A DNA stretch of 64,000 bases, from NCBI GenBank assembly GCA_000165425.1, contig CT868518.1, positions 124,001 through 188,000 of the forward strand. Direction: 5' to 3'. The notes below the pieces were generated by a model, which was not told the DNA's origin, searched no databases, and worked only from the letters and a program-made list of their open reading frames with translations. This document shows, piece after piece, positions 1-13,478 of this stretch. Position 1 is the stretch's first letter. Each line of letters starts with the position of its first letter. Position numbers and translations under genes: made by a program. This DNA comes from Paramecium tetraurelia (taxonomy: Eukaryota).

Positions 1-804
1 ATTGAAAAGCAAAAATGTGTCTTAAGAAATCTTATAATAAAACGGATGCTTCACAGAAAGAGAATGCTAAGTTAATTTAGTAACACAGTAAATTAATACT
101 GATACAAAGAAACCTAAAAAAGAGATGGAAGTTCAAGATATGGGAGTCTTCGATGAAATGTTGGAATTTTATAATTCAGATCGAATCGTAACGATAACTT
201 AGGACATTATGAGAAGAAAAATTGATTTCAAAAAAATTTAACATGAGTTAAAAAAAACTCTCTAATATATCAGTAGATTAAATTTGGATATTTATTAGGC
301 ATTCAGTGATCAAGTGATAAGTCAAAAACCGTTCTAAAAGGAGCATTCTTATGAATTTATATAGGCTGCAAAGTAAGGAAAAGAATGGGAAGTCAAAGAG
401 TTTATTAAAGATAACAAATATTTGGTTTACGATTTCGATTATGTAAGCGTGATTGAAAACACTTATAGATTTACATGACGGCTTTACATTGGGCTTGTAA
501 GAGAGGACACTTTGAGATTGTTAAACTTTTAGTTGAAAATGGGGCAGATATTGAATTTCAGGATATCATTGGAAGGCCAACACTTTATTTTGCAATCATT
601 GGAGGAAATCCAAAAATTGTGAAGTATATTTTAGATAAGAAGGCTGATCCCTGGTCAACAACAGCAGTAAACTATAATTAATTGTGTATGGAGTACAATC
701 CCTCGTTTGTGTAGTTGATTGCACAAGCAAGAAAGGCTCATATAACCTTAAAAATGACACCTCCATCCTAAAGAGAAACCATATGGAAAATATTACGTAG
801 ATGA
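1..804 (+). CDS. Ankyrin-repeat protein (5' truncated by window)
   Basis: MTALHWACKRGHFEIVKLLVENGAD...GRPTLYFAIIGGNPKIVKYILDKKAD ankyrin motifs; the frame continues through TAA/TAG (Gln) to TGA at 802-804; short GT-AG intron ~443-468. Confidence 0.85.
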
Positions 805-983
805 AATATTCTTCTAATTTAACTATTTGTAATTTTATTGAAATACTGAAACATCATTAAATATTTATATATTGTTTATTTCCTTTTATATATTCTTAAA
901 ACTAATTGACAGCAGTTATACAGTTATAAAACAATTTTAAACAAAGAGATGATGTTAATTTAATATTTCAAAGAAATTTGTAA

Positions 984-994
984 AAACCCATAAA
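984..994 (+). promoter_or_regulatory. Ciliate snRNA-type upstream sequence element (AAACCCATAAA) of candidate ncRNA copy 1
   Basis: The CCCATAA core starts 88 nt upstream of the conserved block, the same spacing as in copy 2; resembles the element upstream of ciliate snRNA and telomerase RNA genes; TATA-like TAGTATTAAAG at 1011-1021. Confidence 0.65.
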
Positions 995-1039
995 AATAAA
1001 ATTAATAATTTAGTATTAAAGAGATTTTTATGAGAAATT

Positions 1040-1167
1040 AACTTCAATCGCAAGATTCAGCAATGTTACCAAACCTATCCAAGTTTAAACCTATTTAATA
1101 GGTTGCGGGCAAGGCTCCTATTCCGGAAGCTGAGCTCGTTCTAAATTAAACAAACGAAATCATTTTT
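1040..1167 (+). ncRNA. Candidate small non-coding RNA gene, copy 1 (unknown family, probably Pol III/U6-type promoter)
   Basis: Locally GC-rich island in an AT-rich spacer; 1075-1176 is identical to the reverse complement of 15194-15295; upstream element plus TATA-like box; TTTTT at 1163-1167; hairpin AACCTATT-T-AATAGGTT; 5' end inferred. Confidence 0.65.
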
Positions 1168-1352
1168 ATCATATATTTAATATCCTAATTGGTTCAACCT
1201 AATGATCATCCTGAAAAATGAGAATCAATATGAGAGTGTTATTCATAGTGGAAATGCCTATTCTAACATTGAATAATCATTGAAACACTTAGATTAAGAA
1301 TACTTAATTATTATTGTATGTATATATATTATTATTATTTTTATTAAAAAAT

Positions 1353-1623
1353 ATGTATTAATTATGGAGATTCATCAAGAGGGGTGTAGTAAGCTAACCC
1401 CACATGGTTGGAGGAGTAATCGTTGGATATTTTGGAGTAGGAATTATCAGCTATTATAATAGCGATATACAATTTAATTATGTGAGAATAATAATAATAT
1501 CCTCAATAGGGAGAATATAATGAACCTCATTCACACAATCATGGTGAGCAAGTTAGATAATATTGTGAATCAACTTTATTGAAGATTAGATCACAAATAA
1601 ATGAACTCAGAGAATAACATTGA
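1353..1623 (+). CDS. Small (~80 aa) single-TM protein, possibly mitochondrial
   Basis: MYQLWRFIKRGVVSQPHMVGGVIVGYFGVGIISYYNSDIQFNY / intron 1482-1509 / GEYNEPHSHNHGEQVRQYCESTLLKIRSQINELREQH*. Confidence 0.65.
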
Positions 1624-2519
1624 AATAATCTGAATGATAATTATATAATATACACAATCATAAAAATATCATGTTTTAACATTTGGTGCATGCTGATTAA
1701 GGTTTCAGTTTTAAGATGATTAATAATGTACCACATTTATTATAGAATATACAAATAATTTGTGAACATTTTCGAATAATTAAATATTATTAACATTAGA
1801 CAAAATTCAATGCAATTAGAAGCAAAATATATATTACAATTGTTGCAAAGTTAATTTAGCTTTAGTTACCTTCATTAAAATTATTATATAATTATAATTA
1901 TGCATTGGAAGAGTATTGATTTGTCCTATAAATTTTAAGTTTAATGATTGAGATTACTTCTTATTTTTACTTGAATCAACTAATTAACAATCTATGATCT
2001 ATATTTTGCCATAGCAAGGTCTATTTGTATTGGAGGTCTTCCAATTAAATTTCATTAATGAATCCCATTTCAATTATTACTTAATTTCTTTTTCAAATAT
2101 ACCTAATGATAATAATGAAGAGAATTCGTTTCTATTTCCTCAAACTTTCAATCATATTGAGATTAAAAATAAACATGTATTAAGAATTTTGAGCATTTCA
2201 AAAGATGACTAAATAAGATCATTAGATATGCAAAGAATATATGATATTGGTTTTTCCATTCCATTATTTGAGGTGATAACTTTCTTACCTTAACCAATTC
2301 CAAATTTGAAGAATCATCTCATTTTAGAATTCAACTATTTAATGAATTTTTATTCAAATTTTATGTAATCTTGTAACTACAAATTGCTCTATTTGTTATT
2401 GATTACCTTATCTATTAATAGGTCCATAATTTATTTATTTGTTAATAAATATTTTATAATTAAATTGTTAAGTCAAGACTAAATACAACAAATATGTTTA
2501 ATATAAATTTACATACAAT

Positions 2520-5500
2520 TCAATAATCTATGAAATCGAAGTAAATATTAAAATGTTTACTCATGCAGAGCATAATAAATAATTATTGTAACTGAGGGGA
2601 TGCATGATTGAAACTCAATTGAATTATTTTGAAACAAAAAATCAATTAAACAGGGTCTGTAATAAAATTCATTGTAATGAAGCTTATAATGAAATTGATT
2701 CCCCATTAATTAGATCTTGTTACATCACCACCAGAGTCTTAGGCTTCAAATGCCATAGATACAATTATTAAAAAACTGAATAGCCCTGTTAATGCTAAAA
2801 AGCCTAGCCAGCCAATAATTCTAAATATTATGTATTAATGAGGCATTAAAATTGTGAGGATTATTAATTCTAACATTGATAATATAGATGATAGAATGCT
2901 ATATGCAATGGTTGTTGCTGGATTCAATTCGACTTCAAAGAATATGTTAATATAGCATGTAGTTAAGATGGTCATGTAAATTAAACAAAACCTAATTGGC
3001 CTAGGTAATTTTTTATCAAAGATTGCAATAATGCTGAGAAGGGATTGGAACAAGCTTAAAAACAAGAATAGATTCTTTAATGTAAATCTTAATTTAAACC
3101 CTTCTTCCAATAATTTATTTCTTTTTTTTTCTAAGTACCAAATTTAAATAACTTTCTCTTTTTCCTCTATTGAAAGATTATCCTCTTCATAAAATTCATG
3201 GTCTAAAAATAAAATATGTTCTTGAGATTTTCTATACGGAATTTAATATTTAGCAGTTTTAGTGCTGTGATTATGAGATTCCAATTGTGATCCAGATTAA
3301 CCCAATTGATTTGGCTAGAGAATTTAGTTAGAATCATAAAGTCCCACGATTGGACTAACTGAATTTGGTGATAAGGGAGGATAATCATTTATTTTAGCTT
3401 AGCTGTTAACAGAGTTATTATAATATTTAGATTAATTAGTGGAGCTCTTTTTTAGTATAATCTATTAGGTATTTTCAGAATTTCGGACTGAAAATTAATC
3501 TGATTAAATTCTTGAACTATGTCTTTCATGAATGAGATTCTTTTAATTTTAGTTTTATTGATTTTACAGGCTCTCTTCATATAAAGAACTATGTAAATAT
3601 AGTCTATTGACAATTGTATTGTTCAAGGAGAATGCATTTTTTAATTAAAAGAATTTAGCATAAGGTGAAGGTGCTGGCATTTTATTTTTCTTTTTAGATA
3701 TATTGATTGGCGGATATTCTTCTAATTAAAAGTCCTCATCACTGTCATGACTTATGTCCAAATTGATATTATTACTATTGTCACTTTATTCTAATTATTG
3801 TTAGTCTATCATTTCATCTGGGTCTACATCTGGGGAAATAATAACTTCCTAAATTTATTCGTCCTTATCCAAAGATAATTACTTTTGTTCTTTTTCGTCA
3901 ATAACAATTTGAATTAGATTTTATTTTTCATGAAATTCTTTCCATTCCTTGTGTCTTTCCTCCTTTATTTTTTCCATTTCTTTTTACAATTCCTTCTAAC
4001 GATCCTCAAACATCTTTCTTATATATTCTGATTCAATCATATGTTGAGGCATAGCTCTTTCCTTATCTATCTAATCCTTTTTTATTCCATAAGGCAACAA
4101 GACGATCAATATGATAGTACAAATTACTAAACAATAAAATATTACAGAACGATGGAATGGAAATTAATTAAGAGCGTCAATAGCCTCTAAAGAAAAAGAT
4201 TTGGAAAATTTATCAATCTCCAATATATCAGCTAACACACTGCTAATAGTAGTGGGACCAAATTATTAGCAATCACATGCGATAAGCAAAGAGGAATATA
4301 CATCAATTTCTATTGAAGTTTTGCAAACATTAGATTCCCATTAGGCGAAATACTTGTTTGTGCAAACAAAATCCACATAATTTGGTTATTCGTCCATAAG
4401 ATATAGATCTTGATATTACTGAAGTAACCTCTTCGGTCTAAGTAAAGTGACATTGTATTTGGTTGTAATTGGTTATGTAGGGGTTAATAGACTACCATTT
4501 TGTAGAGTAGGCTCTATAGATTAAATAGTTGTAAAATGAGTGTTATTAGGAAATGAGGGATTTAAGAGAAAGGGATTTTCTAAGTAATGACAATAACTGA
4601 AATTTAGCAATAAGCTTTAGGAGATTTGAGTACTGTTGTCTATTGGTTTATCAACAATTTTTACAAATTCTATTTCACTTAAATATTCATTCATCTTTTC
4701 TGTTGTTAGCCGATTAAAGATTAGAGTAAAGGAAGACCCTGAAAATTTAATGGGAACATCATTAACTTATTAGGCCAACAATAATCCATATTTTAGCTTT
4801 TATAACAAACTTAAAATGGACTCAAAATTACTAGAAATACTTTTATACATAGTCTCATTTAATAATGAAATGTTTCCATTAAAATAATCATAGTAAAAAT
4901 TAGATTAAGATTTGAGTAAGTAATCAAGAGCAGACAATTGATATATCATATTACTTTTTTCAATTTCCTTCTATTAATAATCTCTGTATCCAGCCTGATT
5001 TTGAGAGATAGAATTAATGATGAATAAAACATTATCAATACTTCTCGATAAGCTTGAATTTAGATTCGTTAAATAAACTTAAATTTAATTGAAATCTTAT
5101 AAATAATTAGTATTATTTATTATTATTCTTTTATTTGCCTTTTTTATCTGCATTTTTGTAGCTTCTGTTATAAGTGGTAAATCTAACTTAGCTTATGTAT
5201 CAAAGTATAAAATCGATCTCATACTATCCATAGGATAAGATGGAGTTGCGTATTACTCAATTCCTATAGTAAGAATATTCAACAAGGATAGACGTTAGTT
5301 TATATTTAAATCTTTTGATTAATAGTATAAATCTGTTAAATTACTTTCAAAATCATCATAGAGGAATCTTCTATTCAACTATAATGACTTAGGTTAGTTC
5401 GTGCTGGTTTCAGACTCAAATTGCAATAATTTCTCGCTTATTTCATTTGAATCCTCTCCAATGATGACAGAACAAGTTAAATTAGTTTGAGCACCTAATT

Positions 5501-8500
5501 AATTTTTAATAATTGCGATAATTATTGAATGTGAATTAGTTGATTTAGGCAGTATTGTGGAATAAGTGTTGATTGTTTAATAATCAATAATAAGGTCTGC
5601 ATTCATTTAAGAATTCATAAGGATATCTTACATATATTGGGTAGAATTATAATATAATATAAATTTGTAATAGATCGGATTATTTTAATCAACACAACTT
5701 GAAATTTGTAATTTGAAGGTCGTCTAAAATGATAATCCATTTAAAGGCGATACATTGAATTTACAATTTAATGGTGGTTAAATGGTAGTAATATCAACAC
5801 TAGTTAAAAGGGGAGTTAAAGATATTGAATCAGTGCTAAAAATCTAAAGCCTAATTTGATCTTGTCTTATTTGCATAAGATTGGAAAGGAAGATTGCAAA
5901 AGTATTATAAGGAATAGCAAATGTTGATAATTTCTAAAAGTCATAAATAATGCAGCCATGTAGATTAGTAAGTTACAGAGGAGAGACTTCAAATAGCAAT
6001 TCTTGGTTGAAAAGTATAGGAGTATTAAGTGCAATGCTTGGAGTATCCAGAGAAAATGTTGAAATTTCTACATCGACAATTGTCATTATACTTGAAGTAG
6101 TTTCAATGATATTCCCTTTTTGTGCTTTCAAAACAAATTAATAAGAATTAAACGGAGCCATTGTTCTACTAATGATTTTTATGATTTATTGGTTTTTCAT
6201 TATCAATAGTTACTAATCAACAGTTTCACAAGGTTTTTGTAATACTACATTAGTGCATGTCCAAAAATATTCTATGTCTTTAGTCTGTTATTCTTTGACA
6301 TTTAAATCCTTTACGACAGCAGTGATATTAAAAGACTGGCCAAAATTATGGATTTAATTTCCTCCATAGATTTTAGCAGAGATTCCAGGCAAGAGCATTT
6401 TGAAAGTCATAGGTTTTGACTTAATATTTTATTAATCGATTGTAGCCATCAAGAACACTTAATAGTACCCTGATTAGGTGAACGTGTAGGGTTCAATAAC
6501 AATATCAACATACTTTTCGGAAGCATGTTTGAAATGAAATTGTTTATCCAGAACAATCAAAGAGTTTTTGTAATAGGCTTGAATTTTGTAAAATGCATTT
6601 ACATCAATAAGACTGAGTGAATCACAATCGGATTGTTACTGAATGGTTGCTTTTATGGAAATTCTATTATTTATATAATAAACTTAAGGTTGTTAATCTT
6701 CAAATTAGATTGAAATGACAGGTAAGTTGGGAGAAACACCTTGAACCTGATAATACTTAGTTTGATGTTATCCCAAGTAATTCATGAATTAATATTTAAA
6801 TTTATAGAGGGTGTTTTCTTATAAAATATTTGGAGGAATGGTGACAACAGTGGATTTGTATAGATTGACTTCATAAAGAATACCAAAAATTTATTGTTCA
6901 GTAATTTAATTGTAAGGGGAAATTGAATCCAAAGTCCAAGATACCATTTTAAATCCATTTTGGCCATCAAAAAAGTACTAAGAAACCTTGAACTCAGTAA
7001 TCTCACAGGTTGATACTTGTGAAGGTCCAAAGATCATTACATCGCTATCACTAATGATGTAAGGAGGTAAGATATTAGTTGGGAATATAGTTGTATATGG
7101 AAGATCACAGTCCAATCCTGTGATTTTAGTAAATAGTTGGACAAGGTTTCCAATTTCAATTGAATTATTTATTCCTAATTCAATAACGATTTGTGATAAA
7201 CCATTAATACTGCATTTTGGATTGACACCAAGAATGGATGTATCAATAATTTCAGAGCATCCTAGATCAACATCGAAAGTAACTTATTTTCCAAATTTGA
7301 CGATTAAAGTAGTTAAATCAGGTTACATTTAAATAATTGGTAATCCTAATTCACAAGTCTCGCAATGTATATATCCAACATCTTGTCTATCTATTCCACC
7401 AGGTGGACAATCGCAAATTGAACCAAATCTATTAGCCTTGCAATTTAAACAACTTGCCTTATTGCAGGTGGAACATTCTATAGGACAAGCTTAGCACTCA
7501 GCATTAACCTCATCATCATAATAGCCATCTTTGCATTTACAGTATGGAATTTATTGTCTATCACCTTTGCAGGTTAGACAATTATATTAATTGACTTCAC
7601 AAGTTAAACATTTGAAATGACACTTGAGACAATTAATGGATTCTCCATCCTCATAAAAACCCTATTGACATAAACATTATTTGTTATTATTTAAGATTCT
7701 ATTTCCTAAACATCCTAAACAACCAGTCTTAGTGCATGTAGTACATGAATGATCACATTTCTTGCAGTATAAACTAGAATTATCATCGTAATATCCCAAT
7801 CGACATAAACAATTAGTACCAACTCTATCTCCTTTGCAATACAAACAAAGTGCATTTGTTAAACAATCATCACATTCATGTTTACAAGGAACACAACTAA
7901 CACCATTATCGTATTTACCATACGGACAAGTACATGCAGGTGGATTAGGTACTCTATCTGGTTTACATTTGATGCAATTGTTAAAAGTCTACACACAAGA
8001 GTGACATTAATTAGCACATTTGATGCAGTCCTTATTTGGAGAGTCTTATTGATATCCTATTTAGCATTCACAAAACGGTGCATTATAACGAGTCACACTG
8101 GAACACGATTTGCAATGATCTAATTAAGATTCACATTCATAACATTAAACATCACATGGTTAACAAACACCATTCACATTGAATGTGCCAGCTATGCAAT
8201 TTTATAGACAAGATTTTTAGTACAAATACAAACCACTTTGACAATTTGTACAATTATTATTACATAGTTAACAGACGTTATTAAAAGGATAGTATTGCAA
8301 AGGACATTCAGTTACGCATGAGTTTCCATAAATAAAACTATCACAATACTCACACTTGGTTGAAAAGAAATTATAAAAATGCTAATATGGACAATAAGGT
8401 AAACATCTATTATCCGAAAGTAGATAATTTGGTTAACAAAGCACACAGTCTGAGTATCTTGGTCCAACGCATTCTAAACAACCAGTATAGCATTCTCTAC

Positions 8501-11500
8501 AAATTTTAATGTCTTGATCAGCATAATAGCCTTGATTACAAGTGTTAACACAATCACCATTTTACAAGTACTATCCTATATAGCAGGAAACACAGTCCTA
8601 ATTAGAGGAGCATATTTCACAATTCTCTGGACATTAAAAACATTTGTAACCATCATAACCCTTTGGACATAGTAGTACACATTAGGTATAGTACTTGTAT
8701 CTATGCTCTGAAGATGATTATAAGTATCCACAACTTGTACAATCGAATTAGGTTGGCCCATCGCATGTCAAACATGTCCAATGACAATCCATACAAGTAT
8801 TTTGATAAAGAAATTGATCGGATGTACAACTTTACAGAGAGTTAGTACAAACATTGGGATAGATGCATTCTTAGCAATCAGAATCGCATTAATCACATGT
8901 AAAAGTATCGATATTTTAATAATATCCTAAGGGACATTAAATCAAACATAATTATTTGTTTAAATGATAAAGATTTGGCTTACAAACAGTGCAAGAGGTA
9001 TAGCTTGTACATTCTTAGCAAAAATCATTACATTTTTAACAGATGCCATTGCCATTATACATTCCAACAGAACATGATCCATCACAGGTCCCATACTTAT
9101 AATTTATCAGATTTAACACCTTACCCTAAGGACATGTTATACAATGATTTTATTGATCTCCTGCACATGTTAAACATGAATTATGACAAGTATTATACAG
9201 ACAGATTCTTGATTGAATATCGTAGGTATAATTAGCAAGACAGGAATCCTTACAGTATGTTATGTAAGTGCTGCTTATACTGTCATAAATTAAGATGTAT
9301 TTTAATCCATTATCGCATGAAATACAAGAATTTTCATCGCCTCCATAGCAAAGTGAACAATTATTATGGCATAGTGAACATTAACCATTATTAAAGTAGC
9401 TTTTGCCAGTACATTCTACAACACAATAGGAATTAAATAAAATATAAGAACTACTGCACTTGGTGCATGTATTACTATCACTACAGATTGAACAACCAGT
9501 TGGACAATCTTCACATATATACGATTATGCATAGTATCCCTCTCCACAACTGGCATATACTTGATTGTTTTATAGATATAAGGTTTGTGAAGAACCAATC
9601 AATGGGTATGTGCAAGACAAGGCATCTGTGCAAGTAGAACATCCTCCTTTGCATTTATAGCATTTATTATCTATTTTAGATAGGAATTCATCTGAATTGC
9701 AATGGTCAACACACTTATTATTTCTTAACACTTTTGGATAAGCGCAAGATGTGCAAGAACTTTAAAATAAGCATGTCAGACAAGTAGGTTAACATAATTT
9801 GCAAATGGTTTAACCATTGACTTTATTATTGCCATCAGGGTAATAGCCAACATCGCAAATGTTAACGCATTTACCATATGATTAGTTTTCCACTAATTAA
9901 AGATATGAACCAAGATCACAGCTAGTACAATTATCGATTCTATTGTTGGACTCACAATAGTGGCAACTAGAATGACAGGGCAGACATTGGTTTCCGCTTT
10001 AATATTCTTGTATTCCACATTAATCCGCACAAAAGTGAAAGCGAATCAAATTTGTACATGAGAGGCATTGAGACCACCAAGGTCCAAAACAAGTTTAGCA
10101 TGATTGTTCACAAGCTACACACTTATTTTATGTGATGTCTAAGAAAGTTTTTGAATCATCACGACAATATTCAGCTACATTTGATATTAATTAGATTGGA
10201 GTTATATCGGATGTACACTCAAATAGGAAGTAGTTATAATTAATAGGGCAAGTAGTAACACAGTCATTGTTGAATAGGAAATAATCCAATTATCCGTTAT
10301 TAGTATAATGATTATAACAATAACCACAGCCACTAGCATCCCAACAAACTCTGCAGTTTTATTTGCATTAACTGCATTAGTTAGTATTTTAATCTCCAAA
10401 ATATCCATCCGGACATGTTTGATAACACTTCTAATTAAAATAATAATAACCAGGCAAACAACTGATACATGGTTGTTATGCATCACATGTCATACAATCT
10501 TTATCGCATTCTAGGCAAATACCTTGTTCCTCATAAGTTGATTGTGGACATTAAGTCTACCAACATTCATTCTTATAAAATAAGTAATTGGGAAAACAGG
10601 ATAAACATTGATTATTAGATTACCCAAAACATGTTTAACATCCAGGAGCACATGCTTAACATGCTCTCAGTTTGTAATTATGCATATAGCCAGTGTCACA
10701 TTATAAGACGCAGTTGTTTGTTAAGGGGTCCAAATAATAATGATAAATGCACTAAGAACAATTATTACTATTTGTACAGGTTGCACATGTCTCTTTACAA
10801 GGTTGACAATTGTTTGATGCATCCTTATACTATCTACTTAAACATCCTGATAGACATTCATTATTATAATAAATTAATGATTGTGTACATGTCACACAAT
10901 TAGTTTGTAATGCTCCGTTACAGGTTGCACATGAAAAGTGGCATTTCTCACAAATGCCATCATATCCATAGTAACCGTTTGGACATACTGATAAACAATT
11001 ACCACTATTGTAATAGAAAGTATTCTCACAACGAAGACATGACAAATTGTTAATACATATATCACAATGGTCTTAACATTTCAAACATTGTCCCTTACTT
11101 TTATAGTATTGTGTGGGACAATAAGCATAACAGCCACTATTAAATAAGATGTATTCCGATTTACATGTTAAGCAATTCAAGATGCCAGAGTCATAACAAG
11201 TATCACAAGTTTCATGACATTCTTTGCATTGTCCATCTATCAACACTGTGTTCTTAGGACATTCTTCTATGCACATTGATTTATACACTTTCAATTCATA
11301 CTTACAAATAATGCAATCAAACTTTGTTGGGCCATGACAAGTGTAGCAACTAAAATCGCATTCTCTACAATATTAATCTTCTATATAATATCCAATATCG
11401 CATTCAATCACACATTGTTTTTTAAATGTTGCATATTTTGGTAAGCATTTATGACAAAATGTCTCATTCTCACATATCTCGCACCCATCTATGCACTATT

Positions 11501-13424
11501 TACATAAGTTATCCACAAGGTCTCTGTAATAGGTAATTGGACACTTTCCTATACAGGTTTAGTTTTCATAGAATAAGGGTGCAGCACAAGAGATGCATTC
11601 ATGATCATTTGCACATGTTTTACATATTTTTTAGCATGGCTTGCATTCTGAATTTGTATCTCCAAAATATCCATCTGGACAATATTCTAAACAGGAATTT
11701 TATAAGAATAAATATCCAACTTAGCATTTTTAACAATATTGATCATAACACACTTCACAATAATTTGGACATTTCAAACATTATTAGTCTATTTCATAAT
11801 AGGAGATTGGGCAGTTCGGTTAGCAACTATTGTTTAGTAAAAACTTTCCAACAACACATGATGTACATACATTTTCCTGTGAACATTATTAACAATTGGA
11901 GTTACATTTTAAACATTATTTATTTTGTACATAATAACTTAATGGGCATTCTACAACACAATTATTTATCTGGTTAACTTCTAAGATATAATAGCCATTA
12001 TGACATTCAACACAATTATCTGCCTAGTTTAAACAATTATAACAATTATAATGACAATTTAAACAATTTTCATTGTCAATTGTGTACTGTCCTTAATTGC
12101 ACTACTAAAAATAGCATTGATTATTGTATAACAAATAACTTGGCTTACATTAATCACAAATCCCATTAATGTTACATTCAATGCAATTATCGATGTTGCA
12201 GTAAATGCAGCTGAAATCTCTCCTTATATAATGAAGAGGATCACATTGTTAAACACAGACATTTGATTATAAATAATATCCATCCGAGCATTTCGAACAA
12301 GAGACTGAATCATAGCAAAATTTGCAATTGGAAATACAAGGAGAGCAGACTCCATTGAAGTCAAAGTAGGTTTCCTTGCATGGACATAATGGAGGACTCA
12401 TTCTATTCAAAGAGCAACTTAAACATTAAATAGATTTCAATTCACATGTTCCACATTAACTTGCACAAGAATAGCATAATAAGCCAACTTGGAATTGTGA
12501 TGTACTGCAAGTTTACTTACAAGTTGGAGGTTAAAAGGCATTGTTACAAGTCAAACATTCATTAGAATCATTCGAACAAGTTAGACATTATGATGAGCAT
12601 TTTTCACAAGTTGAAATCAATTATGAACCTTTGTAGTCATCTTAAACAATGTAACCTGTCTCACATGAAGTGCATTGGTGTTCAGCTTTACACGTTAAAC
12701 ATTTGGAATCAAAATTTCTACAAGTTTGACATTAATTATCGCCTGGAGTTAGATAATATTCATCGCTAATGCAACTGGAGCATCTTGCTTGACTACTACA
12801 CTCCAAACAAGGCTCAATACATTTAGTACAGTATTGATCATAATTCAAATAGTAACCTTAATTACAAGAAGTACACTTGTTTTTGGAGATGCAACTTACG
12901 CATGGAAATTCGCACAACAGACAAGATTGAGCACTTAGATAGTAATATTGGGGAGAGCTTTATTTACAAGAGGTGCATTTATATAATTCTCCAGAACACT
13001 ATGAGCATGGACTTTAACATTGCAAACAATTATTTCCCACTACCATGTATCCAGGAACACAACTTAAACAAGCTCCTTAGGTATCGCATTTCACGCAAGG
13101 AAAAGAGCATTATTAACATGTAGTTTATACAAGGAAGTATTAGGGGGATTAACATGATGTACAAACTTAATAATCTGTACATGAAGTGCATCCAACATAA
13201 CAATCTAGCTTATTTAAATGATTACTATAGCAATGAGTCGAATCACCATAATAGGACGGAGGACATTAATCACATTCGCCATTTGTACATGAACTACAAA
13301 AGCTTTGGCATACTTAAAATAAAAACACTAAATTACATTTACATCCCGTATTAGTCCATACATACCCAACTTAACACTAACAAGAGGCAAAGCCTATCAG
13401 CAAAAAAATTAATATATAATTCAT
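2520..13424 (-). CDS. Giant (~3600 aa) surface receptor: signal peptide, long furin-like Cys-rich repeat array, REJ/PKD-like region, GPS-like motif, several C-terminal TM helices
   Basis: MNYILIFLLIGFASCQ signal peptide; dozens of CxxCxxxCxxC repeats at ~7350-13350; W..SNVCKTSIEIDVYSSLLIACDCQQFG GPS-like motif at ~4255-4345 followed by the TM VIFYCLVICTIILIVLLPY; further TMs at 2600-3070; TGA at 2520-2522. Continuity was not checked codon by codon. Confidence 0.8.
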
Positions 13425-13478
13425 AATTATTATAAATTTGAAAAATTCATCATATATTCAAAGGAGACAATGCAGATC

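Noticed and set aside
1048..1116. U6 snRNA-like words (AAGATTCAGCAATG, GCGGGCAAGG) in the candidate ncRNA
   Set aside because: No ACAGAGA box, wrong spacing, and the first word is not kept in copy 2
1800..2530. TGA-poor plus-strand frame between the small TM gene and the giant receptor
   Set aside because: No clear start, motif or homology; possibly a gene remnant but not supportable
7120..13354. Numerous plus-strand His/Met/Ile-rich ORFs in the ORF track
   Set aside because: They are antisense shadows of the Cys-rich repeats of the minus-strand gene
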